A DNA stretch of 64,000 nucleotides from a bacterium. Lineage in GTDB: Bacteria; RBG-13-61-14; DATKZS01. The notes beneath the pieces were generated by a model. It was not told the origin of the DNA. It searched no databases and saw nothing but the letters and a program-made list of their open reading frames with translations. Of this stretch, positions 1-10,600 are shown in pieces. The position numbers and the translations under genes are program-made. The stretch's first letter is position 1. Each line of letters opens with the position of its first letter. The DNA lies in assembly GCA_963674965.2 (NCBI GenBank), contig CAXXFL010000006.1, forward strand, positions 608,001-672,000. The letters are read 5' to 3'.

Positions 1-1
1 A

Positions 2-1477
2 CTTGGCAAGATCGAGGGCGTCCTTTTCCTTTTTCGCCGAGAACTCCTCCACCACCCCCATCAGCTCGTCTATCTTGTCAAAGGAAAATTCCCGCAGGTC
101 TATCTTGGAGGCGTCGCCCCCCGTAATCCCCGGCAGGATCGATTCCATCTTAAGGTTAAGGGCCTCGACGTCAGCGTCCGGCTTGGCGGGACCGGTATAT
201 TCCGCCAGCGTCTTTTGAAGGTCCATGCTCGTTCCATCGGGAACGTACTTCTGGGCGTCCTCTGGAAGCTCGACCGAGTCCATGTCCTTTTGGGCCCGGT
301 CCATGGCCTCCTGGATTTTCTCGTTGGCGAACTTCTCTATCCCCTCAGCCTTGGCGGAGATGTTTTTCTCCAGCTCGCTCTCCTCGCCGCCTTCCTGGCT
401 CATCTCCTGGAGAAGCTGCAAGGCCGTCTTATGCTCCGCCGGGATGAGGTCGCCCGTGACCAGGTTGTCCAGCATGGAGTCGTCGCTTTTTATCCGGAGT
501 TCAAGCGCCTTCAGGTAATGATCGTAAGTACGGCGCTCTCGCGACTTGTCCTCATAGCCGAGCAGGACGTGGCTGATCTTTTCCGCCTCGTCGTCCTCCA
601 CCTCGATGCCCTTGCGCCAGATCGTCAGCGCCATGAGCTTCTCCGGAAAGAACCAGAGGGTGTCGAGGTTCATCTCCAGCTCGACGAACTCGGGACAGCC
701 GCCGCTCGATTCCCGCTTTATGAAACAGCGAGGATAAAAAGGCGGCAGCCCGCCGCTTATCACCGGCAGTTCCGGATGCATGTTTAATATCTCGTAGGAC
801 TCGTCGCCTCGAAAGTATCCGTCAATCCACTGGTCCCTCGGCGCGCAGAGGAAATAGCGCCAGGAAAAGTCCTCGGGATAGCCGGGAAAGCACTTCTGCT
901 TGTAGGCGTCGTCGTATGTCCCCTGGTAGCGCCTCCGTTGCGGAAGAGAAGGCCCGAGTGGGGCCAGGCCGGCCGGCTCGGGCGTCTCGCCGGGGGAGGT
1001 CACCAGCTTGCGCGGGTCTTCCACCTGGGGAAGCCTTCCGTCACGATAGCCGATTCCATCCGGGTTCGCCTCGTACCCCTTGCCCCCGAAGGCGTGAGCG
1101 TAGTCGATGGGCGCGGACAATACCGCCTCGTGGCCCGCGGAAGTACCCATGTCCCACTTGCGGGGTCCGAAGACGTAGAGGTTTTTATCCTTCGACCCCA
1201 CCTTGATCCTGACCTCGCCGCCGGTCACCGCCTGCCCCCCCGGCGCGAAAAAGCTTCCCGAGACCAGGTATTCGCCGTTCGGCTTGGGCATGCCAGCGTC
1301 GGGCATGGCGGCCTCTCCCATCACCTCGAAGGAGTCCTTGATAAAATTGAAATCCAGGAGGGTCCCGCCGGTTTTAAGGTTTATTCCCAGCGTGGCCGAG
1401 GCGATAAAGTAAAACCTCCGGTTCTGCTCGAATACCCGGTGGAAAAAACCCACCTGAAGCGGTCGGTATATCTTCAT
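2..1477 (-). CDS. DUF2169 family type VI secretion adaptor protein (runs off left edge)
   Basis: Absent from the ORF track. Manual translation from ATG 1477 gives MKIYRPLQVGFFHRVFEQNRRFYF..PDAGMPKPNGEYLVSGSFFAPGG..AFGGKGYEANPDGIG..GTYDDAY..FPGYPEDFSWRYFLCAPRDQW..LDTLWFFPE, matching DUF2169 motifs. Lies 19 nt downstream of vgrG. Confidence 0.85.
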   Translation of the reverse strand, partial: MKIYRPLQVGFFHRVFEQNRRFYFIASATLGINLKTGGTLLDFNFIKDSFEVMGEAAMPDAGMPKPNGEYLVSGSFFAPGGQAVTGGEVRIKVGSKDKNLYVFGPRKWDMGTSAGHEAVLSAPIDYAHAFGGKGYEANPDGIGYRDGRLPQVEDPRKLVTSPGETPEPAGLAPLGPSLPQRRRYQGTYDDAYKQKCFPGYPEDFSWRYFLCAPRDQWIDGYFRGDESYEILNMHPELPVISGGLPPFYPRCFIKRESSGGCPEFVELEMNLDTLWFFPEKLMALTIWRKGIEVEDDEAEKISHVLLGYEDKSRERRTYDHYLKALELRIKSDDSMLDNLVTGDLIPAEHKTALQLLQEMSQEGGEESELEKNISAKAEGIEKFANEKIQEAMDRAQKDMDSVELPEDAQKYVPDGTSMDLQKTLAEYTGPAKPDADVEALNLKMESILPGITGGDASKIDLREFSFDKIDELMGVVEEFSAKKEKDALDLAK

Positions 1478-1496
1478 GACGCCCTTTCCAGGTCCA

Positions 1497-4283
1497 TCAC
1501 GCGAACAGCTTGATGTCGGCCTTCTCTATCCCCGCCACCTGCTTTTGCACGGCCAGGCTGAGATTGATAAGCTGCATCTCTCCCTTGGTCAGGTGCGTCA
1601 TCATCTTGCGAAGAGCGAACTTCTCCATGTCCGCCTTGACCGCCGCCTCCTTTTCAACCTTGGTGCCCGGACCGTTCCACCTGAACTTGCCGTTGGTCGA
1701 CTTGAAAGTAAGCGTCGACGGCTTGCCCTCGATCTCCATGCCGATGCCCGCGCCGGCCTTGATGGTGAAGAAAAGGCTCGCGTCAAGGTCGATCGCTATC
1801 TTGGCCGAGGCGTTGATGTTTACACCTATGGTCGTCGACGCCTCGATGGCTATCTTCGTGGTGTTGGTCGAGGCGCTGAGGGTGATGCTGACGTTAGGTA
1901 TACCCGCGGCGCTGGCCGTGAAATTGAACCAGGGAGGCCAGGTCGTGTAACTGAACGAGGCGACGGCCGTCTCCGGATGCGTGATTATAACGGTGTCGTT
2001 CCAGTCATTGTCCGTGGTGCTGTGTGAAGTCAAAGTGCCGCCGCTCGTCCACTTCTTTTCCTCTTCAATGTTAGTCGAGCCGCCCCGCATGCTGTAAGTC
2101 TTCTTGGAACCGTCCCCGCGATAGACCCATTCGACGTGCTTGCCGCCGCGCTCGATGCCTAGAGTGTCGCCCTCTTGGACCGACACGCTGCCGCCCTTGG
2201 CGAACTCGTAGGAGTTCCCGAATTTCTTCTCCACCCAGATATCGCCGTTGCCCCAGTCGCCGCTCGGCTCGCTGTCCTCGGGGGGCCAGTCGATGCTCGA
2301 CCAATTGGGACCGCCGGCGTCCATAAGGTCGTTGTCCTCCAATTTATTCAATTCGGCGTCCTGGGCGATGTGGTTCTCCACGTAGTTGTTTCCCAGGTTG
2401 TAGTTCCAGTAGCCGCCGAAGTCGTAGATGTTGCCCTCGTGCGTGATGAACTTGTCGCACTTCTGCAGCCGAACGTGTCCCCGGTCCACCAGGTACTTCC
2501 ACTTGTCCGCGTTCGAGCCGAGTCCGTCGAAATCGCTCGGGTTTCCATAGATGGTCTTTTCCTCGTCGCTGGGGGAGCCGCCGTGGACGAAGGTCTTCAT
2601 GCCCGTGGGCTTGAAGGACCCGTTGTAGTCGTACATCTTTTCCAGCAGGTTGGAAATGCCCCCGGGCGCGGCGTTAGCCTCGGTCCTCGCCCCCTTGAAC
2701 ACGACGTACTCGCCATAGGAGTTGTTCGAGTCGTACCAAAGGCTGCCCGGCGTATGTATGTGAATACGCTTGTTCCCAGCGTCGTCATTCATCTCGATGG
2801 AGTTGTCTCCCGAGGTCTTGATGAGGTTTCTGGTGAAGTTGATGTCGGTCACCACGTTGGGGTCCTCGGTCGAGGGGATCGGACCCGCGATAAAGGGACG
2901 GTCCGGGTCGCCGTGAGCGAAGGATAAAAGGACCTCCGCTCCTTTCCGAAGCGGGAAATGCATGCCCTCATTAGGCCCGGCCAAAGGCTGGATGGAACGC
3001 ATCCAACGAGAGGCCTTGTGACCGTCCAGGTCGCTCCGGTCAAAGGGCAGCTTGATTTTATACCTGCCGTATTGATCGAGCTCCGCGTATTGGCCCGTGC
3101 CCTCAGCCGAGACCTTGGCGTTAACCGGGCCGTGGAAACGGGGCTTGGGCGTCGTCCTCTCAGGCCGGAACTGAACGTCATAGGGAATCGCGACTATATT
3201 GTTGCGGTAATAAGCCCTTTTCTCCTCATCCGACAAAGACCTCCTGATCCCCGACGCCATAAGCGCCGCCTGGCTGCCCTCATGGTGGATCGAGGTCAAA
3301 AGATACTTCTGGTTGTAATCGCTCCGGTAATGGCGGTCAAGCTCGAAAAAGAAACCGACCCGGATGTAGGCCGCCTCCGTGTCGCCGTAGAACACCTGGC
3401 CCCGGCAAAGTATTTCCTCCGCCCTCACCTCCGCGTACTTGTTGGCCTCGTCAATGTTCTTGACGTGCTCGCCGTATAGGTAAACCTCGCCTCGCCCGCT
3501 CGCGGAAACCTCCGCCTCACCCTCGATGATGGGAGGTGATTTGCGATGGTTGAAGTCCTGCAGAACGACCTTTTGGGGAAGCGGCTTCCGCCTGCAAGTG
3601 ATCGAGGTCGCTATATTGTCCTGCTGACTCGTCTCCAGGCCCGACACCGGAGAAAAATGGACTTTCTTTCTGCCCGGAGGAAGTTCCGCGTGAATCATCT
3701 TGCTGTCGGTTATGACCAGAGTCTCCGATGAATCACCCTGCTCGAAAAAATAATAGATGCCCTCGCGCTCCATCCATCTTGAAATAAAATCGAAATAGGT
3801 CTCCTCGAACTGGCAGACGTAGCTCCAGCGACGGAATTGGAAAGGATGGGACTCGTTAAGACGGGACAACTCCAGCCGGTAGTCGTTAGTGCTAAGTCCC
3901 CCGTCCTGAAGCACCTGCTCCAGTATCTCGGGAAAAGTGCTTTGCAGATACACCTCAGACATGTAGTATTGAGTTAGTTGCCATAGCTTGGGAACCAGAA
4001 TCGCCCGGTAAAAAGCGTTCTGACCCACTTGGTTCATCTGCTCGAAGCTCGAGATAATGCCGTGTATGGGAAGTTTCTGGTTAGGCCGTAAATATAGTGT
4101 AGCGGGATGGGATAAAATCGCCTCCAAATCTATCTCGGGATCGCTCGATACAAGAGATATATCGAACTCATAGAGCCCGCTGAGAGCCTCGTCTCCCTTG
4201 AAGCTAACGACCGCGAAAGAGTCCGACGCGATCCCTGGAGCCGAAGATTCAAAGAAAAACTTCTTTTCTTCCAAATAGGTCAT
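1497..4283 (-). CDS. vgrG: Type VI secretion spike protein VgrG/TssI with C-terminal extension
   Basis: GDEALSGLYEFDISLVS, YVCQFEETYFDFISRWMEREGIYYFFE, FRPERTTPKP, DQYGRYKIKLPFD, GMHFPLRKGAEVLLSFAHGDPDRPFI. Confidence 0.95.
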   Translation of the reverse strand: MTYLEEKKFFFESSAPGIASDSFAVVSFKGDEALSGLYEFDISLVSSDPEIDLEAILSHPATLYLRPNQKLPIHGIISSFEQMNQVGQNAFYRAILVPKLWQLTQYYMSEVYLQSTFPEILEQVLQDGGLSTNDYRLELSRLNESHPFQFRRWSYVCQFEETYFDFISRWMEREGIYYFFEQGDSSETLVITDSKMIHAELPPGRKKVHFSPVSGLETSQQDNIATSITCRRKPLPQKVVLQDFNHRKSPPIIEGEAEVSASGRGEVYLYGEHVKNIDEANKYAEVRAEEILCRGQVFYGDTEAAYIRVGFFFELDRHYRSDYNQKYLLTSIHHEGSQAALMASGIRRSLSDEEKRAYYRNNIVAIPYDVQFRPERTTPKPRFHGPVNAKVSAEGTGQYAELDQYGRYKIKLPFDRSDLDGHKASRWMRSIQPLAGPNEGMHFPLRKGAEVLLSFAHGDPDRPFIAGPIPSTEDPNVVTDINFTRNLIKTSGDNSIEMNDDAGNKRIHIHTPGSLWYDSNNSYGEYVVFKGARTEANAAPGGISNLLEKMYDYNGSFKPTGMKTFVHGGSPSDEEKTIYGNPSDFDGLGSNADKWKYLVDRGHVRLQKCDKFITHEGNIYDFGGYWNYNLGNNYVENHIAQDAELNKLEDNDLMDAGGPNWSSIDWPPEDSEPSGDWGNGDIWVEKKFGNSYEFAKGGSVSVQEGDTLGIERGGKHVEWVYRGDGSKKTYSMRGGSTNIEEEKKWTSGGTLTSHSTTDNDWNDTVIITHPETAVASFSYTTWPPWFNFTASAAGIPNVSITLSASTNTTKIAIEASTTIGVNINASAKIAIDLDASLFFTIKAGAGIGMEIEGKPSTLTFKSTNGKFRWNGPGTKVEKEAAVKADMEKFALRKMMTHLTKGEMQLINLSLAVQKQVAGIEKADIKLFA

Positions 4284-4648
4284 GGCGAAACCCCTCTTAT
4301 TTCATCTTGCCTGCTTTTTACGTTCTAAATTCCTGAACGATTTCAGGACGCCCGCGTCCGTGGAATGTAAGTTAAATATCCATTTTTACAGGGTTAAATA
4401 CCATATTTTGTCTCTTCATTCCACTGTTTAGCGCCGCTCTTCCAAGGACGACGAAAATAATAGCGCCGCCGAGTTGACCTATGATTATACGGCAACATCA
4501 GCGGCACTTCCACTTCATTTAATAAAAAACCGGACTGGACCCAGCGCAAGACTGGACGGACATTTTTATTACAATACCATTTTTACAGTTTCCATGTGCT
4601 AAGCCCAGCCGCCTCTCGAGGGGAGACTGGGGATTTGTTCATTCTCCC

Positions 4649-7600
4649 CTACTCCACCGTTACCGTTACCAGGGGCTGTTTGATCAGCTCTTCGCAGTAG
4701 CGGCCTTTTCCGTCAACGCCGCATGGGGGGAGGTGGGCGTTGAGGAGGAGGGAGCCGGGGGCGGTGGGGAGGAGGACGATGGCGGAGCGGCCGCCGGTGG
4801 CGATGGGGCCGGTCACGTCGTAGCGGCCGCTCGAGGCCGCGCCGTCGCCGCCGAGGAGGGTGGCCGAGGCGGTCGAGGAGGGGTCGATGGTGAAGATGAT
4901 CCCCAGGCTCGATGTGTGCTTGCCGCCCTGGTTGAGGGCGCCCAGCTCGATCCGCACCGTGCTTCCCACCTCGGCCGTGACCGCCGTGTCGCCGTAAACC
5001 TCGAGGGCGACCGGACGGCTGGGGTTGCCGGAGGTGGAGAGGTTGGCAACCATCTGGCGCAGGACCGCCAGGTCGAGCGCCGAGATAATCTCGTCCATAT
5101 CGAGTTCCTGCGAGTCGCCGTTGGGTGGGAGCACGCCCGTGTAGGACGCGTCCTTCAGCGACGCGCGGGCGTTCAAGGCGCCGAGGTCCAGAGGCGAAAC
5201 CAGGCCGTCGGCGCTGACCGTGCTCCCCGAGTCCGCCCAGCTGAAGCAGGCCGAGCCGCCCGTCACGTTCTCCGACCAAATGTCCGTGCCGTTGTAATAC
5301 TCGTGGCAGTTGGCGTTGCCGTCGCCGTCAAAGTCAGACGCGCAGCCGTCGCCCGGGTCGAGCGGATCGAGGTTCAAGGCATGGCCGCTCGAGTTCGCCA
5401 CCTCGTAGCCGTCGGGAAGAGCGTCGCCGTCCGTGTCCCACTCGAGGGGATCCAGGCCCAGCCCCGGCTCCTCGTCGTCACCGAGCCCGTCCTCGTCGCT
5501 GTCCTCGAGGCAGGGGTTGGTCTCGCCCGGGTCCACCACGCCGTCGCCGTCCTTGTCCTCACCGAATATGGTCCCGTCGAGAAGGCCGTCGCCGTCGGTG
5601 TCCGCCTCCGTAGCGTCGAGACAGGCGCTCGAGACCGCCTCGACGTAGTCGCCGATCCCATCCGAATCAGTATCCTGCCTAAGCGGGTTGGTGCCGTAAG
5701 TCCCAAGCTCGAGCCCGTCGCCGATGCCGTCCGAGTCGCTGTCAAAGGCGCAGGGGTTGGTCTCGGTCGCGTCCACCACCCCGTCGCCGTCCTTGTCCTC
5801 CCCGCTCGGCGTGCCGTCCAGAAGCCCGTCACCGTCGCTGTCCTCGTCCGTGGGCGACGTGCACCAGGGGACCTCGAGCCCGTCGCTCAGGCCGTCCGAG
5901 TCCGTGTCAACCTCGAGCGGGTCCGTGCCGTATACCGTCACCTCGGCGCCGTCGCCCAGCGTATCCGTGTCCGTATCGAAAAGGCAAGGGCTCGTCTCCG
6001 TCGCGTCAACAACCCCGTCGCCGTCCTTGTCCTCGCCCTGGCTCGTGCCGTCCAGAAGACCGTCGTCGTCCGTGTCGTCGTCAGTCGGATCGAGGCAGCT
6101 TACGACCACCGCCTCGAGGCGGTCGCCGAGGCCGTCCGAGTCCGTGTCAACCTCGAGCGGGTCCGTGCCGTAAGTCAGCGCCTCGTCGCCGTCGCCGAGG
6201 AGGTCGCCGTCCGAGTCGTCGTCGCAAGGGTCGGTCTCCGAGGCCCCGACCTCGCCGTCAAGATCGAGGTCCTCGCCCGCCGAGCAGACGAGAGTCGCGC
6301 CGTCATACACCGCGGTATCGCCGTCGCATAAGCCGTCGCCGTCCGAGTCCGCCTCGGACTCGTCAGTGCAGCCCGAGGTCTCGATCCAGTCCGGAAGGCC
6401 GTCGCCGTCGGTGTCCACCGGCTCGAGCGACACCTCATGCACCGTGGTATCGCCGGCCACAACCATTAGCCCCTCCTCGAGGTACGGCTCGTAGCCCGGC
6501 CAGCTCGAATAAACGTAGGCCGCTCCGGGAGCAAGACGGATCGAGTAAAGGCCGCCCGCCTCGCTCACCACGGACTTGCCCGAGACCTCGAGCCCGACCC
6601 CCACCAGCGGCGCGCCGCCGTGACCGTAAACGTGGCCCATCAGCACGCCCGAGGTGCCGGTCTTCGCCGCCAGCACCACGTCCTTCCTGGTGGTCTGGTT
6701 CACGCCAACGTTCACCGTCCCCGACCAGGTGGTGAAGTTGGCCGCCTGCACCTGCATGGGATATCCCGAGCCCGCCAGAAGGCTCGAGAGCTTGTAGTAG
6801 CCGCCCGCCCCGGTGGTGGCCACGCGGGGAGGACCGCCAAGGATCACGATAACGTTCGCGCCCTGCACCCCGAAGCCCGTCACCGAGTCCGTCACGTAGC
6901 CCTCGACCGAGCCGTAGTCGCCCTCGTCGTGGCCCACCCTGAGGTCGTACTCCGTGTCCTGACCCCCGATGGTGTCGCCGTACTGATATACTTCAGCGTA
7001 ATAAAGACCCTCGGACAGGTACATGAAAATACGGCTCGAGCCGCCGCCGTCCTGGCCCGAGTCGTCGTCGAACGCGATGGGGACCACCGTCGAGCCGGCC
7101 ACCGAGTAGCCGTAAAGCTCGATCACCGTGTCGCAGCGGTCCGCCAGGTTCTCCGTATACACAGAGTAATATCCCGTGTCCCCAAAGGCCACGGAGAACT
7201 TCACCCAGTCACGGTCGCCCGAGTCGTGGAAGTTGTGGGCCTGCGCCGAGCTCGAGTTAACCTCGACGCTCGAGCCGGAGCTCCACCAGTCGTCGTCCTC
7301 GTAAGGGTCCGGGCCGAACACCGTGATCGAGAACTCCGCCGCCGCCGTCACCCGGCCCTCGAGATCGATCGCGTATAACGTGGCAGTATATCGGCCGTTG
7401 ACCGTGAACAGCTCGGCCAGCTCGGCCGAGTCCAGCCGACGCCGCCAGTCGTCCGTCGCGCTCGAGTACTCGAGGTAAACGCGAGGCAGGGGATTGCCCT
7501 CCTCGTCCTCCAGCCAGGGCGTGTCGAAGTTGCCCTCCGACTGGGGAGGTGAGAAGCCAGGCGGCGTCAAAATGGCGAACATGGCCGATATCTCGCTCGA

Positions 7601-10600
7601 GCTGGCGTAAAGTATGCCCGAGTAAATATCCAGGCTGTCGCCCTCGAGCAGCGCGTCGCCGCGAGGTGTCAGCTCGGGAAGCACCGCGCCGGTAACGAAG
7701 TCCGCGCCCACCACGAAAAGGTCCGCCGCGTCGCCGTCCTTGCCGTCGCCGGTGGCCGCGTAAGTCCCGCTCCCGTTGTCGTCCAGCCACGGCGTCTGCG
7801 TGGCCCAGGTGGCCAGCGCCGCCGCCGCGTCGTTGAAGGCCGACTTGAGAGTGGCGCCCGTCCGGACCCGCTGCCAGAAAAACTGGCTGAAGCTGATCGT
7901 GCCCGATACGCCAAAGTATGCGCTCTCCGAGGACGCCGAGCTGGTGATCACGATACGGTCGGAACCGCCGCCGCCCACCTCGTCCAGGAAGCTGCCCGAC
8001 CGGCAGGCGTCGTAAATCACCACCACGTCTACCCCGTTCGGGTTCGAGGTGTCGCCCCCCTGCACCGCGTCGATCCACGAGTCGAGCTGGGTGGGGGTCA
8101 CCTCCTGGCCCGCGCCCGCGGCCGTGAAGTTGATGAGGAACGAGTCGTCGCCCCCGTGGTCGACCATGTAGATAATGAGCGGCACGCCCGGACCCACGCC
8201 CGGGTTGTCCACCCCCAGGTCGGCGGTGGCCCAATCCAGGATGGCCGCCTGCAGAGCGGCCGGGGTGGGCGCGCCGTCCACGTCGTCCGCGTAGCCGTCG
8301 CCGTCGCCGTCGTAGGCCTGGGTCGCGTCGGGATTGAGGTACATGATCTGGTCCGGCTCGAAGCCGCGAGCCAAAAGGGTCTCGTAGGCGAGGTGGCCAA
8401 GGGAGTTCAGAGCCTCGACCTGACGGTTCGAGTCCACCAGGCCGCCGCCCACCACCACGATGGCCCGGCCCACCGGATCGGTGACGATCACGCGGCTGGT
8501 GAAGCTCTCGCCCGAGCCCGCCTGCGCCTTCACCGAGTACTGCCCGCTCGACTCGAAGGCCGTATACGAACACGTTTCATCACGGTCGGCCGACAATACG
8601 CAAGAGCCGCCGTTGACCGTCCAACTGAAGTCGCCGCTACCGCCCGAGGCGGTGAAGGTCGCCGCCGAGCCCGCGCTCAGGCGGACCACCGCCGGCGCCA
8701 CCTCGACCTCGCCCGAGATGATGATCGTCGCCTGCGCGCTCACCAGCTTGGCGTCAGAAACCGCCACCACGTAGGCCCCCGCCTCGGGGCCCGGCGTGAA
8801 GACAACCTCGGCCCCGGTGAAGGAATCGAGCGCCCCGCCAGTCGCCGCCCACCGGTACGCGCCGGTGCCGCCGTCGGCCACGAAGGTCGCGTCCCCGTCG
8901 CCCGGGGCCCATTCCACGTATACCGGATTGATTATCACCCGCCGCGGGTCCTCGACCACGAAGATGACGTTCCGGTTAAGACCGTTCCCCGCCAGGTCCG
9001 CGACCTGCACGTTCACCACGTGGTTGCCCAGGTCGAGGGCCAGCGCGTCGAAGCTCACCGTGTCCCCGTCCTGGCTGAAGCTCTGCACGGTGCTGAAGTC
9101 GAGCACCATCTCGAGGCTCGCCCAGTCGATCCCAGCCCCGCCCGGGTCCATGAAGTTTATACTGACCGGCAAGTCCACGGGCGGCATGTCGTCGTTCACG
9201 ATCTCCCGATGCGCCGGCGACGACCAGGCGATCTCCGGCCCCCTCGAGTCGACGAGTATCCCATCGGACCACCCCACGCTGGTCAGCCCCGCCCCGTTAA
9301 CGGCCCTCACCCCGATAAAGTAACTCGACCCGTCCTCGAGCTCGAGCCCGAACCTGGTCACCTCGGTCAGCGTCGCGTTGTCCGTCCACCCCACCACGTC
9401 CGTCGCCCCCGCCGACGAACCGATCGCGTAGTCATATCTAAAAATGCCGGACTCAGCGTCCGAAGCTCCGCTCCAAGTGGCGTGGAAACGATCCGTGTAA
9501 CCCGTGTAGGTTCCGTCATCGACAACAACCGGCGATGAAGGACCGGTGGAATCGACGACGATACCATCAGACGGCTGAGGCTGGCCAATATTGCCCGCGT
9601 GATCGACTGCCCGCACGGAGAAGAAGTACTCAGTGCCGCTGGAGTAGGACGCCGAATAGGATATTACGCCGTCGTAATCTATTATCCATGAGGTTACGGA
9701 GTTCCATCCGGAGTTTGGATACACGTCGGTGCCAATGGAGAAGTGATAATAGATAACTCCCGCCTGGCCCTGGTCGGTGGCGCCGGCCACGACTGAAAGG
9801 GTCGAGTCATTCGAGGTATAGTCTCCCTCGTCCACGACGGAGAGCATCTGCGGGTTGACTCGGTCCACGAAAATGGAATCATCGTACGTGGCGGGGGCCG
9901 TCTCGGTAAGCTGGGCTGATAAGGTGGCGATAGAGTAGAACCGGTACTCGCCGTCCTCGTCAACGGGGAAGGAATAATTGAACGATCCGGTTTCTCCGCT
10001 GAGCACCAGTCCGGTATAGATGAAGCTCTCCCCTTCCCTGCTCTTGTAGAGCTTGACCTCGGCGTAAGCGTCGGTGCAGGTGTATCCGATCAGGACGGAG
10101 TTTTGATTCGTTATGGCGCTTGTAATCCACGCGTGAGAAGTAGGCACGTCGTCGCAGTCCCGAGGATTTTTACCCTGCAGGTACTCGTCAATGTTTTTAA
10201 TGCCGTCAAGGTCGGCGTCCTCGGCTGAGTCTCCCTCGAGGGGATCGAGGTTATAGGTGAACTCCCATCCATCGGGCATTCCGTCGCCGTCGGAGTCCAG
10301 GTCGCACGGGTCGGTCCCGAGCCCGTACTCCTGGAGATTGGTCAGCTCGTCGGGCTCGAAATCGACGGTTGAGTCTCCCGAGGCGGGCAGGAGGCAGGCG
10401 TTCTCGGACTCGTATCCGTCGGGCATGCCGTCGCCGTCGGAATCGGGATCGTTGGGGTCGGTGCCCTCGATGGACTCTAGGTCGTCGCGCAGGCCGTCGT
10501 CGTCGGAGTCCGAATCGTTGGGATCGGTGGAATTGACTCCTCCATTGTACTCGGCGAGGTTGTTGAGATTGTCCGAGTCGGGATCGTCGGCGGCGTCGTT

